From NCBI GenBank assembly GCA_013265495.1, contig MU058221.1, forward strand, positions 5,378,066 through 5,442,065: a stretch of 64,000 nucleotides of DNA, in the 5' to 3' direction. The stretch comes from Vicugna vicugna. Its lineage: Eukaryota. A program made the translations under genes and the position numbers. The notes under the pieces are model-generated. The model did no database searches. It was not told the DNA's origin and saw nothing but the letters and a program-made list of their open reading frames with translations. Numbering within the stretch: the first letter of the stretch is position 1; the number at the start of each line of letters is the position of its first letter. This document shows positions 24,888 through 37,820 of this stretch, in pieces.

Positions 24888-27079
24888 TGACCCCATAAGT
24901 TTCACTTCATCTGAGTGGGAGCTTGTGCCAGGCCCCCGTGTGAGTGGCTTGTGCCTCATCCAGCAGGTCACAATCTGCATATTCTTAAATTCGGTGCACC
25001 AGCTCCGGCTTCTCAGCACATCCCTTCGGGTCAAGGGGTGATAATGGCTTCCAGATTTCACAAGTCCCTGGCATTTTATCATTTCCTGTTGCTCCTTTTA
25101 TTGTGCCCTTCCCTTTGCAAACAGTCCCTTCAGCTTCCCCCTTTCACGGGGTTGTCTGCTTCCTGCTAGGAGGAATGTGATGGCAAACATCCCCAACGCC
25201 AGGCATCTATTCCTTACACCTGTCCAGGTGCCAGCTGATACCCGGGAAGGACCCCGCTTCTCCAAGGTCCCCCAGCGGTGCGTGCCAGAGCTAGGAATGG
25301 TCTCCTGATTCAATGCGTCTCTCATTGTAGCTGTTACTCCTTGAGGGAGAAACTGGTCAGTTCTGAGAGCAACGCCCAAGTGTTCAATATTGCAAGTCCC
25401 CTGACCTAGTCTGTTGTTGGCTGGGCCCCAGCCCTAACTGGGTGACTCACTTCTTCCCACCACTAACCCAGCACATCTGCCACGCGTCTGCCTTCTGAGA
25501 GCACTTGCCTTTTCTGAGATATACTTGTACTCGGCCTCTCTCCTTTGATCATGAATCTTTCCCAGGAAAGGCTCAAGGGCCTGACCCAATCATCTCTTCC
25601 CCTGTAAGCCCGCGGCCTCACTTTTCTCCTCTACCCGGAAATAATCATTGCCTCCCCTGGTCCTCCATAACTCTCACTTGGCACTGGCCCGAATGGTGAC
25701 TAGCTGTGCACGTGTTTTCCTGACGACACTGTGGCTACTTCTGTGAATGATCACGCTGGAGTCCTCTTTCAGACTGAGGTAAGCCCTTCACTGTGCTGTG
25801 ATGACTTCAGCTGCGTTCACTGGGTCCATCAAGAATATTAAAGCGTGAAAGATGCTCTAATGGGTCACGCATGAATTCCTCTCCTGGTCCTTTTTAATGA
25901 TTATTTATTTTGAAATGATGCATTGATGAAACGGTCTGAGTCAAGGGAAAGGGGGGCCTCCTCCCAGTCTCTTATTCTTCCTCTGCAAGGCCTGTGGGGT
26001 AAGGGCACAGAAGCAGCCATCCCCTTCCGTGATGGATCCGAGGTCCTCTAGCAGAAGGTCCTTAGATGGACAGCTTGGCCCTGGGAACCCCAGTGGTCAT
26101 GGGCAAACTGTTGAGTGAGTGTGTACCTTGGGGGTGGGGTGTGGAGGAGGGACAGGGAGGAGCCTCTCCTTGAATTCCCAGAGTGACTCAGTTCCAGAGA
26201 ACACTTCAGCCTCCCTCCTGCCTTCCTTCCTTTGGCCTTGACGATAAAGGAGGCCTGGCTGAGCTCCAACGTGAAATTGGGTCAAAGCCCCACAAGTTAC
26301 GAATTGTCCTTTCTGGGCTTTTCCTCTGGGCATGAGCCTCCCACGGGGCCTCAAAGGCAGATTGTCTGGGATCTAGGTGTTTGAATCCAGAGTCATGCCA
26401 TGTCTTTGCCTCTTTCAGACGTAGCTCCTCTAAGCGTCTGTCCAGGGCCCCAGCTTGGGGAGTGATGTCCTTTGTGGAGAGCGTCCTGCCCCTATGCCCA
26501 GAGCAGGCTCCGTGTTTGGCACTGACCGTGGGCTGACTCACAGGTAGTCAGCTCCTGGCTCTGAGCACCTCTGGGACCTTGGACTGTGGGCTGGAGTGGT
26601 CACATGTCGGGGGGGACAGATTTCCCCCAAAGGGGCCAAGCTCTTAGACGGCGATCTTGCCTCTGGTAGGGATTTCTGCGGCTTGTGGGGGTTGGAGGGG
26701 TCGGGTCTCCAGGACAAACTCCCCCAGAGGAGCAAAGACCTGGGATGGAGGATTGAGTTTGGGGGCTGATGGGTGGCCTGGGATTCGCCACCCACCCTTC
26801 TCTGCTCTTTATTCTGTCTCACTCAGAGCTGAGGGAAGAGGACTTGGCAGGGGGTGACATTTAGGGGAGACTGACTATGGCTTTGACTCCAGCAGATGGG
26901 GGTGCGCCCATGGAGCACCCCAGCTCTTATGCCCTTGGGCCCTCCCACTACACAAAACCCAGCACCCCAGACTGTCACAGCTCCCACCACCTCCACACCT
27001 GGGAGAGGGCACCAAACTGGATGTCAGGAGCCCTGGGTTCAAGTCCCATTTCTGCCAACACCAACTACTGTGTGTTCTT

Positions 27080-27981
27080 TTTTTTTAAACTTTTTTNNNN
27101 NNNNNNNNNNNNNNNNNNNNNNNNNNNNNNNNNNNNNNNNNNNNNNNNNNNNNNNNNNNNNNNNNNNNNNNNNNNNNNNTGTATTCATTATTTTTTTCTC
27201 TGTGAGCTACCATAAGATCTTGTATATATTTCCCTGTGCTATACAGTATAATCTTGTTTATCTATTCTACAATTTTGAAATCCCATCTATCCCTTCCCAG
27301 CCCCCATTCCCTTGGCAACCGCAAGTTTGTATTCTATGTCTGTGAGTCTATTTCTGTTTTGTATTTAAGCTTTCTTTGTTTGTTTGTTTGTTTTTGCTTT
27401 TTTATTTGTTTGTTTTTAGATTCCACATATGAGCGATCTCATATGGTATTTTTCTTTCTCTTTCTGGCTTACTTCACTTAGAATGACAATCTCCAGAAGC
27501 ATCCATGTTGCTGCAAAGGGCGTTATGTTGTCAGTTTTTAAGGCTGAGTAGTATTCCATTGTATAAATATACCACATCTTCTTTATCCAGTCATCTGTTG
27601 ATGGACATTTAGGCTGTTTCCATGTCTTGGGTATTGTAAATAATGCTGCTATGAACATTGGGGCGCAGGTGTCATCCTGAAGTAGGGTTCCTTCTGGATG
27701 TATGCCCAGGAGTGGGATTCCTGGGTCATATGGTAAGTCTATTCCTAGTCTTTTGAGGAATCTCCATACTGTTTTCCACAGTGGCTGCACCAAACTGCAT
27801 TCCCACCAGCAGTGATGGAGGGCTCCCTTTTCTCCAAGGCCTCTCCAGCATTTGTCATTTGTGGATTTTTGAATGACGGCCATTCTGACTGGCGTGAGGT
27901 GATACCTCATTGTAGTTTTGATTTGCATTTCTCTGGTAATTAGTGATATTGAGCATTTTTTCATATGTCTATTGATCATTT
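27080..27981 (-). mobile_element. Young 5'-truncated L1 with an open ORF2 C-terminus and 17-bp TSD
   Basis: ORF 27416-27979 ([30 protein letters not shown]...[13 protein letters not shown]...[14 protein letters not shown]); TSD aactactgtgt[g/a]ttctt at 27063-27079 and 27982-27998. Confidence 0.95.
27097..27179. other. Assembly gap (83 N)
   Basis: Run of N within the L1 3' end. Confidence 0.99.
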
Positions 27982-30900
27982 AACTACTGTGTATTCTTGA
28001 GCAAGTCACTTAACTTCTCTGGGCCTTGACTCCCTCAGCTCTTGGAGGGAGCTAATAATACTGGAAAGCCCTTGGTGTTACTTTGAGGATCAGGATAATG
28101 AGTGTGAACGTCTTCAATTTACTCTAAAATGTGATAGTGTATTACCATTTACCCTGGAACCCCTTCTTTCCTTTGGGCCCTGCTAAATGAACCAAGGTAT
28201 GAATGGTTGGTGATAGACTTTTTGTTTCACTTTCTGGACAACTCTTCGCACTTGTAAGCAAGACCTTCCATGCCTTTATCAGAGAAAAGAGTAAGGGATC
28301 AATTCCGAGTCTGCAGGCAGGTGGGGAAGAGTCGAAGGTTCTGCTCCCTTCCTGGCTGCTTGGCTGGCACTGCCATCTGTTCTCATGGAAGGATGTCTCC
28401 TGTTATCCGCGTCAGGGAAGTCTTTGTGCAGAAGGCTGTGAGGGAAAGACTTTTCAAGGACAAAACACTTGCTGGGAAACCCAACTCCCCAGACTTCCTC
28501 CACTTGTCAGCCTCTTGGCTCACTAGCAAGCTGATGCTTCCATGAGGCCGTTTTCAGCTGGAAAGCTGAAAACACCACAGCAGTGGGAAAGAGAAAGAAT
28601 TCTTTATTTGCATTCTTGTGTTTAGGCTGGTGATGGGGAAGAAACCAGCCAAAAAGGTCACTAATGTTTGATGTCCCCTGTCGAGTTCAAGGTATTTGCT
28701 TTCATTCAGATAGGCTGGCAGCTGCTCAATTTCTCTCTTGCTCAATCCTTCCTCCTGCATTCCATCGGAGTTCTTGGTTCCCATCCAAAGGGCTCAATTC
28801 CTTTGTGAGCAATTTCTGTTTTCTAGTCTCTGATCTCCTCCCCTTCCTGTCAGTACGGACCCTGGTTCATCTGACGGTTTCCCAGTAGCCCTGCATCGCC
28901 TTTCTCAGCGTCTGGCTCGTAAATTAATTCTGCCTTCAAGTGTAACTCAATTCCGTACGTCACTCTCCTATCTCCAAACTCTCATCAGGCTCCTCATTAT
29001 CTCCTGAATTAACGTCCATCTCCGAGCTCAGCCCTAGAGACTTTCATCCATCTGGTCCTCAGGGCGACAACCAGCACAGACCAAAAGCCAGACCCAGGGT
29101 TTCCACTGGCAGATGCAGCCCCAGGTCAGGGTGTGCAGCTCAGAGAGGGGCATTTGACCTGCAGGTAGCCCGTCTGTGCCTGCTCACCCAGTGCCTTTGT
29201 CAGACACCTGTTGATCTCTGACACCCTTTCACACTTCATCTCCTACCTCCCCTTCCCCCTGCCCTGCTCCGTTCCACCCAAAAGTCTTTAACTGCCTTCT
29301 TAAAGTCTCCCAAGGCCCATCTCAGGTGGCATTTGCTTGTCATTCAAGCATGTGTGCGTGGAGCCTGATCATACTGCAGGGGACCTGGGTGGGCCGTTTA
29401 CTGCTCAGACTCCTCAGAGAGAAATCTTCAGGGCTCCTTCCTGGAAGGTATGGCCAGGCTACCAGCATGTTCTGGACTGCAAGTGGCAAGAAGGACTGGG
29501 AATCTCTGAGTTTAGGAACTAATGGCAAGAGTCCTCGCTCCTTCTGTTCTGCACCCCTCGCTGCACTGTCCCTTGGTCCTCAGTCCAGAAGCCCACTCTG
29601 TTATCCTCTCCAGAGTGTGTGTGGCGAGAGATGGGTAGGCTCCCAGAGGAATGGAGTCGGAGAGTGTCTCAAGGGACCTAGGAAATATCGTAACAGCAGA
29701 CACTCATTGATTGCTTACCAAGCGCAACATTGCTTATTGTAAGTCCAAGGTAATTTACAAACACTAGGTTTATTTGCATATATAAACATATATTTACATA
29801 CACCGACTGCTGCTTAAACAGTGATCCTCCTAGTCTTCTCCACCTAACCATGCATCACCTGCCTGCCCGGTCCGGGAGTTCCTGGGGCTCCCACTGCCTC
29901 CTTTGGAGGAGTCTGTGATATGAAACATTTGTCCTGTCTTTTTCCAACTTGGGGTTGGGCTCAAAAGACTGCTTGACCAGTTACTCTTCCTTGGTTGCTT
30001 TCCTCCTTCCAAAATGTTATTGTTCTTGTCTCCTCCTAAAATTCTTTCTTACAAAGCATCACTGTAAGTGTGCTAGCGGGCTAAGAGATGTTAATCTATA
30101 TGGAGAGAGTTGCTCAAGCACCGGATCTGCTACAGCCAGCTCCCCACGCCTGCCTCCTGCACGAGGCCACACCATGAATCAGGTCCAGATGCAAGGATGG
30201 GCTTGTGTGCGTTCAGGGCACCTACCTGGGCTTGCTTTCGAAGCAGCAAATAATCAGTGTGAAAGGTGGTGACGAATGGATAGATGCAACTCCCCCTTGT
30301 ATCTCATGTAGGCAGGCACAGACCTCAGTGGTCTTGGCAGCCCTGTTGGAGGAGCCGAGAGCTGCAGGCTCTCAGCCTTTTAGACCCACAGCCACATCAG
30401 CCAAACCACTTCTGCTCTCGTATCTGATAGTTCTGCCATTCAGGAAGCAACACTACTCAGCTCCATGTGTGCATTCTGAGCCCTGAACCTGTGGCTGAGC
30501 CAGCCCTGGGCCATCTTTCCTCCTCTGCACCTGGGTGACAGGGCTTCAGATTTTCCACTTATGTCCATTACTGGGCTTTTCCATGAGCAGGTGTGCCACA
30601 CCTCAAGGTTCTGAAGAAGGGTAAATGTAGAGATGATTTTTTCTACCCAAAACCCAAAGATACCTGCAGGCAGGTAGACAAGGTTGGGCCCCAGAGAGAC
30701 CTCCTCACTTTGGAAAGGCTTAGGACCTAGGCAGGACTACCACTAGTCTTTGAGCAAATCTGGGAAAGGTAGCTCTTGGATTTTGCATAATAAATACACA
30801 AAGCTCTGATGTCTGCAAGGACAGTGTTCCTTCTGTGATGTGGTGCCCTTGTGCAGTGTACCACCTGAGTAGATGTACATGGTGGCCTTGGATCCAAAGT

Positions 30901-31059
30901 CACAGCTGGTCAAGGGTCTCTTTGGCCTTTCTCCTGAGCGCACAACAAAATCTTCTCTTTATCTTTCCATTCTGTTGGTTAGGAGAAGCCTGGCTGAGAA
31001 AAAGTAGTAACAGGTAGAGATATGCAGGAATGAGAGCATTTTCTCTTAATACACATTTA

Positions 31060-31425
31060 TTATTATTTTTTTAAATTAATAGGCTCTTTTTTAGCAGCTT
31101 TAGGTTTACAGAAAAATTGAGTGGAAAATACAGCAGTCCTATATACACCCTGACCCCCAGCAAATTTCCCTCATTATCAATATCTGGCAATAGTGTGGTA
31201 CATTAGTTACAATTGATGAATCAATATTAATACATTGTTATTCATTAAAGTCCATGGTTTATATTAGGATTCACTCTTTGTGTTGTACATTCTATGGGTT
31301 TTGACAAGTGTGTAATGATATAAATTCACTGTAATAGTGTCCTACAGAATGGTTTCAGCGCCCTAAAAATCCCCTGTGCTCCAGCTGTCATCCCTTCCTG
31401 TCTCTCGTGTCCTGAACCTCTGGCT
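31060..31425 (-). mobile_element. L1MC-like 3' end
   Basis: tttaggtttacagaaaaattgag...gtggtacattagttacaattgatgaa...ttgtacattctatgggttttgacaa. Confidence 0.75.
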
Positions 31426-31888
31426 ATGTTTAGTTTTAAATCCTGAATGCTCCACTGCCTATGAACACAAAAGCTGAGGTACCCATCTCAGTGCTCTTCC
31501 TCACTGGGGTGCACTAGGGGTGGGGAGGAAGTTGAAGGGGCCGGGAGCCCCCTGGCAGGCCAGCATTCCTCGGTGCTTTGCTGTTTTCCTCTGCTCACCC
31601 AGTACCCCTCCAGGACGGAGGTTATCTCCACAAATCCGTAAGGCCACCCCTGTCTCCCTTTCTCCTCTTCCTCGTCCTTGAGCAGCTTCACCTTAGATCC
31701 AGAAGTGAGAGGAAGGAAGTTGGCCCTCAGCTAAGATAAATATCCAGTGAAAACATAAGTCCTTTTATTTTGCAGTAAAGTATTAAAACAAGTTGATACA
31801 TCTACATTGTACTCTTTTCTCAGAACCTTGGTAGAAGGCACCTGCTTCACTTTACTGACAAAGTTTTCATGCTAAAAATAGTGTTGGC

Positions 31889-32028
31889 GGGGAGGGTATA
31901 GCTCAAGGGGTAGAGCACATGCTTAGCATGCACGAGGTCCTGGGTTCAATCCCCAGCACCTCCTCTAAAAATAAATAAATAAATAAATCCAATTACCCAC
32001 CCCCCCAAAACAAACAAACAAACAAAAC
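31889..32028 (+). mobile_element. tRNA-Ala-derived SINE (vic-1-like)
   Basis: GGGGAGGGTATAGCTCAAGGGGTAGAGCACATGCTTAGCATGCACGAGGTCCTGGGTTCAATCCCCAGCACCTCC plus AAAT/AAAC tail. Confidence 0.9.
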
Positions 32029-32073
32029 AGAGTCACAGATGACTGCTGAAACTAAGATATTTTTTAAAAAATT

Positions 32074-32172
32074 AAAGAACATGAAAATGAATATATTGTC
32101 TGTATATGCATGACTGGGACATTGTGCTATATACCCGAAATTGACACATTGTAACTGCACTTCAATTAAAAT
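32074..32172 (+). mobile_element. Short L1 3' end
   Basis: gcatgactgggacattgtgctatatacccgaaattgacacattgtaact...cttcaattaaa; same family as the 23955 copy. Confidence 0.8.
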
Positions 32173-32617
32173 TTTTTTAAGTAAATAATAATTTTGAAAA
32201 ACAGTGTTGAGTCCTTTTGTGCCTTGTATAATTCTGAGGGTTTCTGATAATAGAGTCAAGTCATGTTCCATCCAAGAAAACAACTCTGCCCGTCCTGCCT
32301 GGGCATCTGGGAGACAACCTCACGGCAGGGTGACTGTCAGAGTGTGTAAGAACTTGTGGGGCCCTGGTGCGCATTACTCAGGATGGACCGAGTTATGCTG
32401 CAGTGACAGTCAGCCTTCCCTCAGTATCTTAAAACACACCTCTTTCTTGCTCACACTCCCCGCTCCTCCTGCACTGGTGGTACTGCAGGAGGAGTGTTCT
32501 GCCAACCACATTTCATCAGAGAGACACTGGCCAGAGAGCTGGATGGGGTCCTGGAGGCCCAGGCTGTGCCAGGATCAGCCCTCTCCTTAGACTGTGAGGG
32601 GGTGTGGAGGAGCCCAG

Positions 32618-32790
32618 GCAGTGGTGGCTTCGCGGCTGTGTGACTGGTACAGATGCTCGTGTGCTCAGAAGGGTCCTGTCCTTGATTTAATGCTCTGTCG
32701 TCACCATCTTGAAATTCTTCATGATTTTTGAACAAGGAACCCTGCATTTTTATTTTGCACAAGGCTCTGAAAATTATTGCCTGTAGCTAT
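32618..32790. mobile_element. MER91-like hAT-Tip100 element
   Basis: gctcagaagggtcc...tttaatgctctg...ccatcttgaaattctt...tttttgaacaagg...cattttt. Confidence 0.6.
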
Positions 32791-33529
32791 TCTGGTCCCA
32801 GGGGAGGGACCAGGAAAGCCAGAATGGAAGAAGGACATTCCAGAAATAGGGAGCAGCAATTTATTACCAACCAGTATGAAGCATTTCAATTAACTTAACC
32901 ACTAATGTAGCAACTGGTCGGTATCAGCTCAGATGTCAGTTGATGTGATATTCCCTAAAAAGGGCCACATTCGCTAAGACAATCGTTTGGAGTAGAAGTG
33001 ATTCCTTAGCTTAGAAACCAGATTTCAGAGGGCAGGTGAGGCACTCCCATCGCTCTCTGAGTCTCCCTTTCATGAGTCTAGATTTTGAGCAAGAGAAATA
33101 AAAAGACATGACTTCCTGAGTGGTGAGGGTTAAACACGGTTCCCGCTACATAGCACTAGGGCGGGAACAAAAGTGGGATGGGTCTTACATGTTCTAAAAA
33201 GCAAGACTTATTTGCAAACAGCATTATCATTTGTATTACTCTGTGGTTATTCCCTTTTTAAAAATGTACCCTTTGGCACAGGGGTAGCAAGTACCCAGCA
33301 CGCATACTCTCACGTGTCCCTTCTGATCCACTTCTAAGCCACGGCTGTCGTGGCTGGTTAATCATCTCGCTCCTTCCAGTGGATCGTCCGTGAGACCTCA
33401 GGATCCCCCACGCAGCACTCTGGGCAGTCACTAAAATCACTGTAGGTTGGAACCCAAGGAAAATCTTAGCCATCCCAGTGCTCACTTCAGCCAGGACCAG
33501 CTTAAATGTTTCAGCCTGTGACAGCCACG

Positions 33530-34225
33530 CTGTGGGATATTGCATCATACCCTATATTCCTGGGATGGAGCTTCTAAACCCTTGGGATTTCCTGAATGGT
33601 AGGAGCATTTTTGTCATTCACAATGGGCCCCCGGCATCACACCTGAGTTTATGCTAATAGGATGACTCCCTGTGGGCCCCAGAGAGTTTCAGGATAGGGG
33701 CTGGCTGTGCCAGACAGACCAACCGTCTGACTACAGTCTGGGGGAGTTGGTGGGGAGGGCCGTGCATTCAGTTTAGTCACGTGGCTAGCGATTCAGGTAA
33801 TCAAGCTGGTGTAATGAAACCCCAAGAAAAACTCCAGACCCTGAGGCTTGGGTGAATTTCCTGGCTGGTGAACACATAAATGTGCTGGGAGATTCCATGT
33901 GCAGAGGACATGGAAGCTCCCAGAATTTTCCCTATGGTCCTCTTGGCTTGGCTGGTCCTGATTGGTATCCGTTATAATGAAACTAAAACTGTTAAGTATA
34001 GCGCTTTGCTGAGCTCTGTTACTCATTCCAGTGAATCACCAACATGGCAGGGTAGTAGGACCCTCCCCAGTTTGTAGCCAGTTGGTCAGAAGTCTAGGTG
34101 GCTTGAGGACCTTTGAATTTGTGGCCGTCATGTGGTACGAAGGCAGTCTTGTTGGAGACTCTGACCTTAACCTGTGGCGTCTGCGTGAACCTTAGGCAGC
34201 TAGGATCAGGAACGCACTGTGGGAT
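33530..34225. mobile_element. MER21-like ERVL LTR
   Basis: gagcttctaaacccttgggatttcctga...cacacctgagtttatgctaat...ttcaggatagggg...tagccagttggtcagaagt. Confidence 0.75.
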
Positions 34226-34617
34226 TGCAGAACTGAAAGGCCAAGAGGAAGCCGCACCGCCTTGAGGCTGCCATGGTAGCAAGTGCTGGAGATGGGGAAG
34301 TCTCCAAGGGCAAAGGGGACCTTCGCAGACCTCACCCGTCCTTGCAACTGGGACACGTCCCTTCTGCCTGCATCAGAGGAGCTGGGCTTCCGTCATGAAG
34401 GACGCCAGTTTCCCCAAGCCCTGTAGGGATGAATAAGGTCATATTCATGACCTCATCTCTCCAGTTCTCCCCTGCCTCCACCTCTGCAAAGTGCCTGTGT
34501 CCCGTGAGAATTTCTGAGAGTGCTGGGGGTGGCTCACGTGTGCTCATGAACACGTGGAGTCCGCCGTTTCCGAGGTCTGCTGGACACTGCTGCTTCTGCC
34601 GAACAGCACTGTGATAT

Positions 34618-34752
34618 GGGGAGGGTATAGCTCAGCGGTAGAGCACGTGCTTAGCATGCACGAGGTCCTGGGTTCAATCCCCAGTACCTCCATTTAAAAA
34701 CAAGCACACGAACAAACTGAATTACCTCCCACCCAAAATTAAACAAAACAAA
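34618..34752 (+). mobile_element. tRNA-Ala-derived SINE (vic-1-like) with a near-intact tRNA head
   Basis: A and B boxes, AGC anticodon arm, followed by the family tail aattacctccc and an A-rich end. Confidence 0.9.
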
Positions 34753-36661
34753 AGCTGTGGCAGACATCTTCTGTCTGCCCCTCCAGATTCCCTCTCCACC
34801 CCCAGCCATACCCTGTGTCCTGCAATGCTGTGAATTGCCTCACCCGGGCTACTTTGCCCTTGGCTCCTGGGTCAGGTTCAGCCATTGGTAGGAGCTGAGG
34901 GTGGGGTGTTTGCTGCCTGCTCCCTCTTGCAGTGAGTTGGCTGATCCTGCTAACAGAGGCTGCAGCTCTTATTGCGTGGCCCATATTCAAACCACTTCCT
35001 TGATTGTGCCCTCAGATCTAGGAAGAGGTGAAGTCTCCCTGCTGTTAGCCCCTCAATGCTCCCCCTTGTAGGTTGCCCTTCACACCCCCCACATCTTTGT
35101 AAATGACCCTTCTTCAAACTCAGTTTGCGATGCCACTTGCATCCTATTGGGACCCTGACCACACAGACACCACTGCAGTTTCCACTGGATACACATCCTC
35201 GCGCCACCACACCCAGGGCGTAGGCAGCGCCAGTGTTTATACTGGGTCCCATCAATGCAGCGCCGACATGGTGACTGTGGCAGGGGGAGGGAATGTCTCT
35301 CCCAGCTCCGTTTCGCTCTGTTAGTGGGGTCTCAGCGCTGCACTGCCTGTGCTCCAGTGTCTTCGAGAATTTTGAGTTGAAATAGCTCTTTCGGGTTGAC
35401 CTGCGTGAGGCTGGAGGAGGAGCCCTGGGAGGGCTGGCTCTGCCACTAAGTGACCAGGTGCCTTGAACGAGGCATTCTCTTTGCAGGCCTAGTTTCCTCA
35501 CTGGAGCCCAGGGGCTGGACTCAGCGATTCGCAGACTGCGCTAGGGCCCCGGGCCTCTGTTTAGCAAGAGCTGCTTTGGTTTGACCTATTTTTAGAATTT
35601 GGGCTTTTGTGAAGATTCCTTTAAAGCCTGGATTCCATGGCTTTAAAAATGCTTGAAAACAGCTGGACTTAGGTCATTCTATGGTCCCTTCCAGTTCTAA
35701 CATCTTTGAGCGTAAAACCAATCTTTCCTTCCTCACCACTGGGCTGGGGTGGGAGGTGGGATCTGGTTCCAAGAATAAATGGAAACCTGAAGATTAAAGG
35801 CATGTCTCCTGCCAGGCTCTGTCATGGCAAATCCACCATGACCAGGGAACTGGTTTTGCTCCCAGCCCATCCATCTTCAGCACCTCCTCACTTGATTTCT
35901 CACTTACTTCTGCCACTATTCCTAGGCAAGAGGAAAAGCTGATTTAAAACCAGTTACATAAAGTGCAAACCAGCCTAGCAAACAAAAATGTGGAAAAGAT
36001 GGCAGCTTTCAGTGGACTGACCTCAGAGCTTTGCAAAGGCTCACCCGCAGCAGGGGAAGCTGGCAGTGATTTGTCCTCGGTGGTTTGTCCCAGACATCTG
36101 GTGCTGGAGAGAATTATACAGTAGCAATTTAAAGTTTATATGGCCTCTGAGCCTGCTTCCTGATTGTGGGGAGTCTGCCCTTGAGTGAGGACGAGAAGGT
36201 GAATGTCTTCCCGTGACTTCTAGCTGCCGGAGCACAGACATATGAACTAAGTACAGCCAATCAGCTCCTCATCTGGGAATTTCAATACAGACTGAACAAT
36301 GTAATTAGAATTCCTCCTGATGGGGTTGATGGCTAAGGCATCCAGGGTCTTGCGGCATTGGTGGTACCCGGGGCAGCAGTGGCCTCATTGCAAGCAGAGG
36401 GTCCAGGATCCAGCTACCTACAACACTTTTTGAAAGAAGGCAACGCATTACAGGTGACGTTATGTGATGTTAGTTTTGCAGGAGAGTTTCTATCTCACCA
36501 ATCTGGTGTCCGGAAACCTAACTTCTGGTCTTGTCTGTGACATTTATGAGGTGGACAAATTGGGAGGGTCACTTAACTTCTCCAAGCCTTAGTTTCATGT
36601 ACTGAGTCACGCGAGGAAATGACAGTGCGTGCCTCACAGGGGCAGAGTGGACAAGCGAGGG

Positions 36662-36850
36662 ATTTTTATAACAGGTTATGGAGTTATAATTCAAGTAGCA
36701 TAAAATTCACCCTTTGAAAATGTACGCTTTAATTGTCTTTTGTGTATTCACAGAATTGAGCAACCATCACCACTGTCTAATCTTAGAACATGTTTATCAC
36801 CCCAAAGGAACCCATACCTTGTTATTAGTCACTCCCCACGCTTTCTCCCA
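36662..36850 (-). mobile_element. L1MB-like 3' end
   Basis: cataaaattcaccc...tattcacagaattg...caaccatcaccactgtctaatcttagaacat. Confidence 0.7.
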
Positions 36851-36864
36851 AGTTGGTTGGAAGT

Positions 36865-37820
36865 AACAGTTGGTCCTTGCTGCACAATAGTCTGCTTCTA
36901 GGTAATATCACAAATATTTATCAGATTTAGTAAAAACTGCATTAAGAACTGTGTCAGTGGTAAAACCAGCAGGGGAATTTGAAAGCTAAAAAGGCTTAAA
37001 GAGCACAGTTTATTCTTCTCTCATAGAACAGCCCAGGTAGCTCCAGGTAGCTCACTGTCCATCATCCCTGGGATACGGCCTTCTTCCTCAGGACACAAAA
37101 TGTCAGCTAGAGCTCTAGCCATCACATCCTTATTCCAGATAGCAGGATGCAGAAAGTGATGAACCTTGCATGCCACTGGCCTTTAATGAAAAGTCTCAGA
37201 AGCTATGACTCAACACTTCTACTAATATCTCATCGACCAGAACTCAGTTACCTGGCCACACTTAGCTACAAGGGAGGCTAGGGCATTTAGCCTTATTCCA
37301 AACAGCCAGTGAAAACTGGAATTTGCGTTATTATGAAAGAAGAGGAGAACAGTATTAGTGTGTGTATCAGTCAGCAAATGCTATAATAATTCTGCATAAC
37401 AAACCACACCAAAACTCAACAGCATACAATAATGAGCATTGGTTTTTCCTGCTCTCAGTTCTGTAGTTCAGCTGGGGAAGCTCTGTCTGAGGCTATAAGT
37501 CTCCTGGGCTAGGATTAAGGCTTCAAGTTGGCTCACATCTACCTTCCTCCATATTTTCCTTGGACCAGCCCTACTAGGGCATGCTCTTTGCATGGCAAAT
37601 GGCAAGAGCCTAAGAAGTTGGGCAGAGACAGGTGGTACCTCTTGAGGCCTCTTGAATCCCTTCTGCTCACACATCATTGATTAAAGCAAGTCACACGGTC
37701 ACATCAACATCAGAGGTGGAGGTATACTGCATTCACGCTAATGCGTACCACTGCAAAGTCACCTGTCAAAGGGTGTGAGTGTAAAATTCTAATACAGGCA
37801 GGGTCTGAAAAATGGTAAAC
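36865..37820. mobile_element. Adjacent degenerate MLT1 LTRs
   Basis: ggccacacttagctacaagggaggctagg; tgcataacaaaccacaccaaaactcaacagc...aaagcaagtcacacgg. Confidence 0.5.

Larger units (their letters stand above)
27000..28110 (+). mobile_element. MIR interrupted by a young L1
   Basis: gtcaggagccctgggttcaagtccc...actactgtgtg resumes after the L1 as ttgagcaagtcacttaacttctctgggcct. Confidence 0.7.

Noticed and set aside
27416..27979. 187-aa ORF as a host gene
   Set aside because: It is the L1 ORF2 C-terminus inside a TSD-flanked, 5'-truncated element.
31889..31965. tRNA-Ala genes (seven tRNA-like copies in the window)
   Set aside because: They share a SINE tail, several have TSDs, and they carry stem mismatches; these are SINEs, not tRNA genes.
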